Assembly (NCBI GenBank): GCA_040954595.2
Contig: CM082593.2
Location: forward strand, 62,001-126,000
Direction: 5' to 3'
DNA from: Balanoglossus misakiensis
Lineage: Eukaryota > Animalia > Hemichordata
Length of the DNA: 64,000 bases
Part shown: piece after piece, positions 43,315-64,000 of the stretch
Numbering within the stretch: the first letter of the stretch is position 1
Layout: each line of letters opens with the position of its first letter
Translations under genes and position numbers: made by a program
Notes under the pieces: generated by a model
The model's input: only the letters and a program-made list of their open reading frames with translations
The model's database searches: none
Told to the model about the DNA's origin: nothing

Positions 43315-43377
43315 GAGGGGGAGGGGAGGGGAGGGGAGGGGAGGGGAGGGGAGGGGAGGGGAAGGGAGGGGAGAGGG
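43315..43377. repeat. (GGGGA)n purine tract just downstream of the KCNMA1 stop
   Basis: About 12 GGGGA/GGGA units; reads (TCCCC)n on the KCNMA1 sense strand. Confidence 0.9.
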
Positions 43378-43469
43378 TGGAGTTGAGGGTGACAAGACAG
43401 ACATGGCAGTGTCTTAGATAATGCAGTTCACACATATGATTCAGGTAAATCAGCCACACAGGCGTGCCA

Positions 43470-63972
<20,503 letters not shown>

Positions 63973-64000
63973 CTGCAAATTTTCACAAAATGATTACGGA

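Overview
AT-rich, intron-rich animal genomic DNA, probably from a marine invertebrate (a hemichordate- or echinoderm-like deuterostome is my guess; the sequence does not prove it). I rebuilt six spliced genes by hand using splice sites and reading-frame phase: a CYP4V-like cytochrome P450 (-), SEC24A/B (-), CDK1 (+), LARP7 (-), a divergent ankyrin-repeat DHHC palmitoyltransferase (+) and the 3' part of the BK/Slo1 channel KCNMA1 (-), which runs off the right edge. SEC24/CDK1 and LARP7/DHHC are head-to-head pairs. The most notable observations are: (1) a clear AT-AC U12 minor-spliceosome intron in the DHHC gene; (2) several frame-preserving candidate micro/cassette exons in KCNMA1, including a 12-nt 'SRNR' microexon at the position of the vertebrate SRKR insert; (3) a Penelope-type minimal hammerhead ribozyme relic behind a perfect 34-bp palindrome in a KCNMA1 intron; (4) a MITE inserted inside a CYP splice donor; (5) a 159-bp higher-order satellite made of 17-bp monomers; (6) Harbinger- and Kolobok-like non-autonomous transposons. 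There are no prokaryotic features, CRISPR arrays, tRNA or rRNA genes that I could support. All coordinates were counted by eye and may be off by a base or two.
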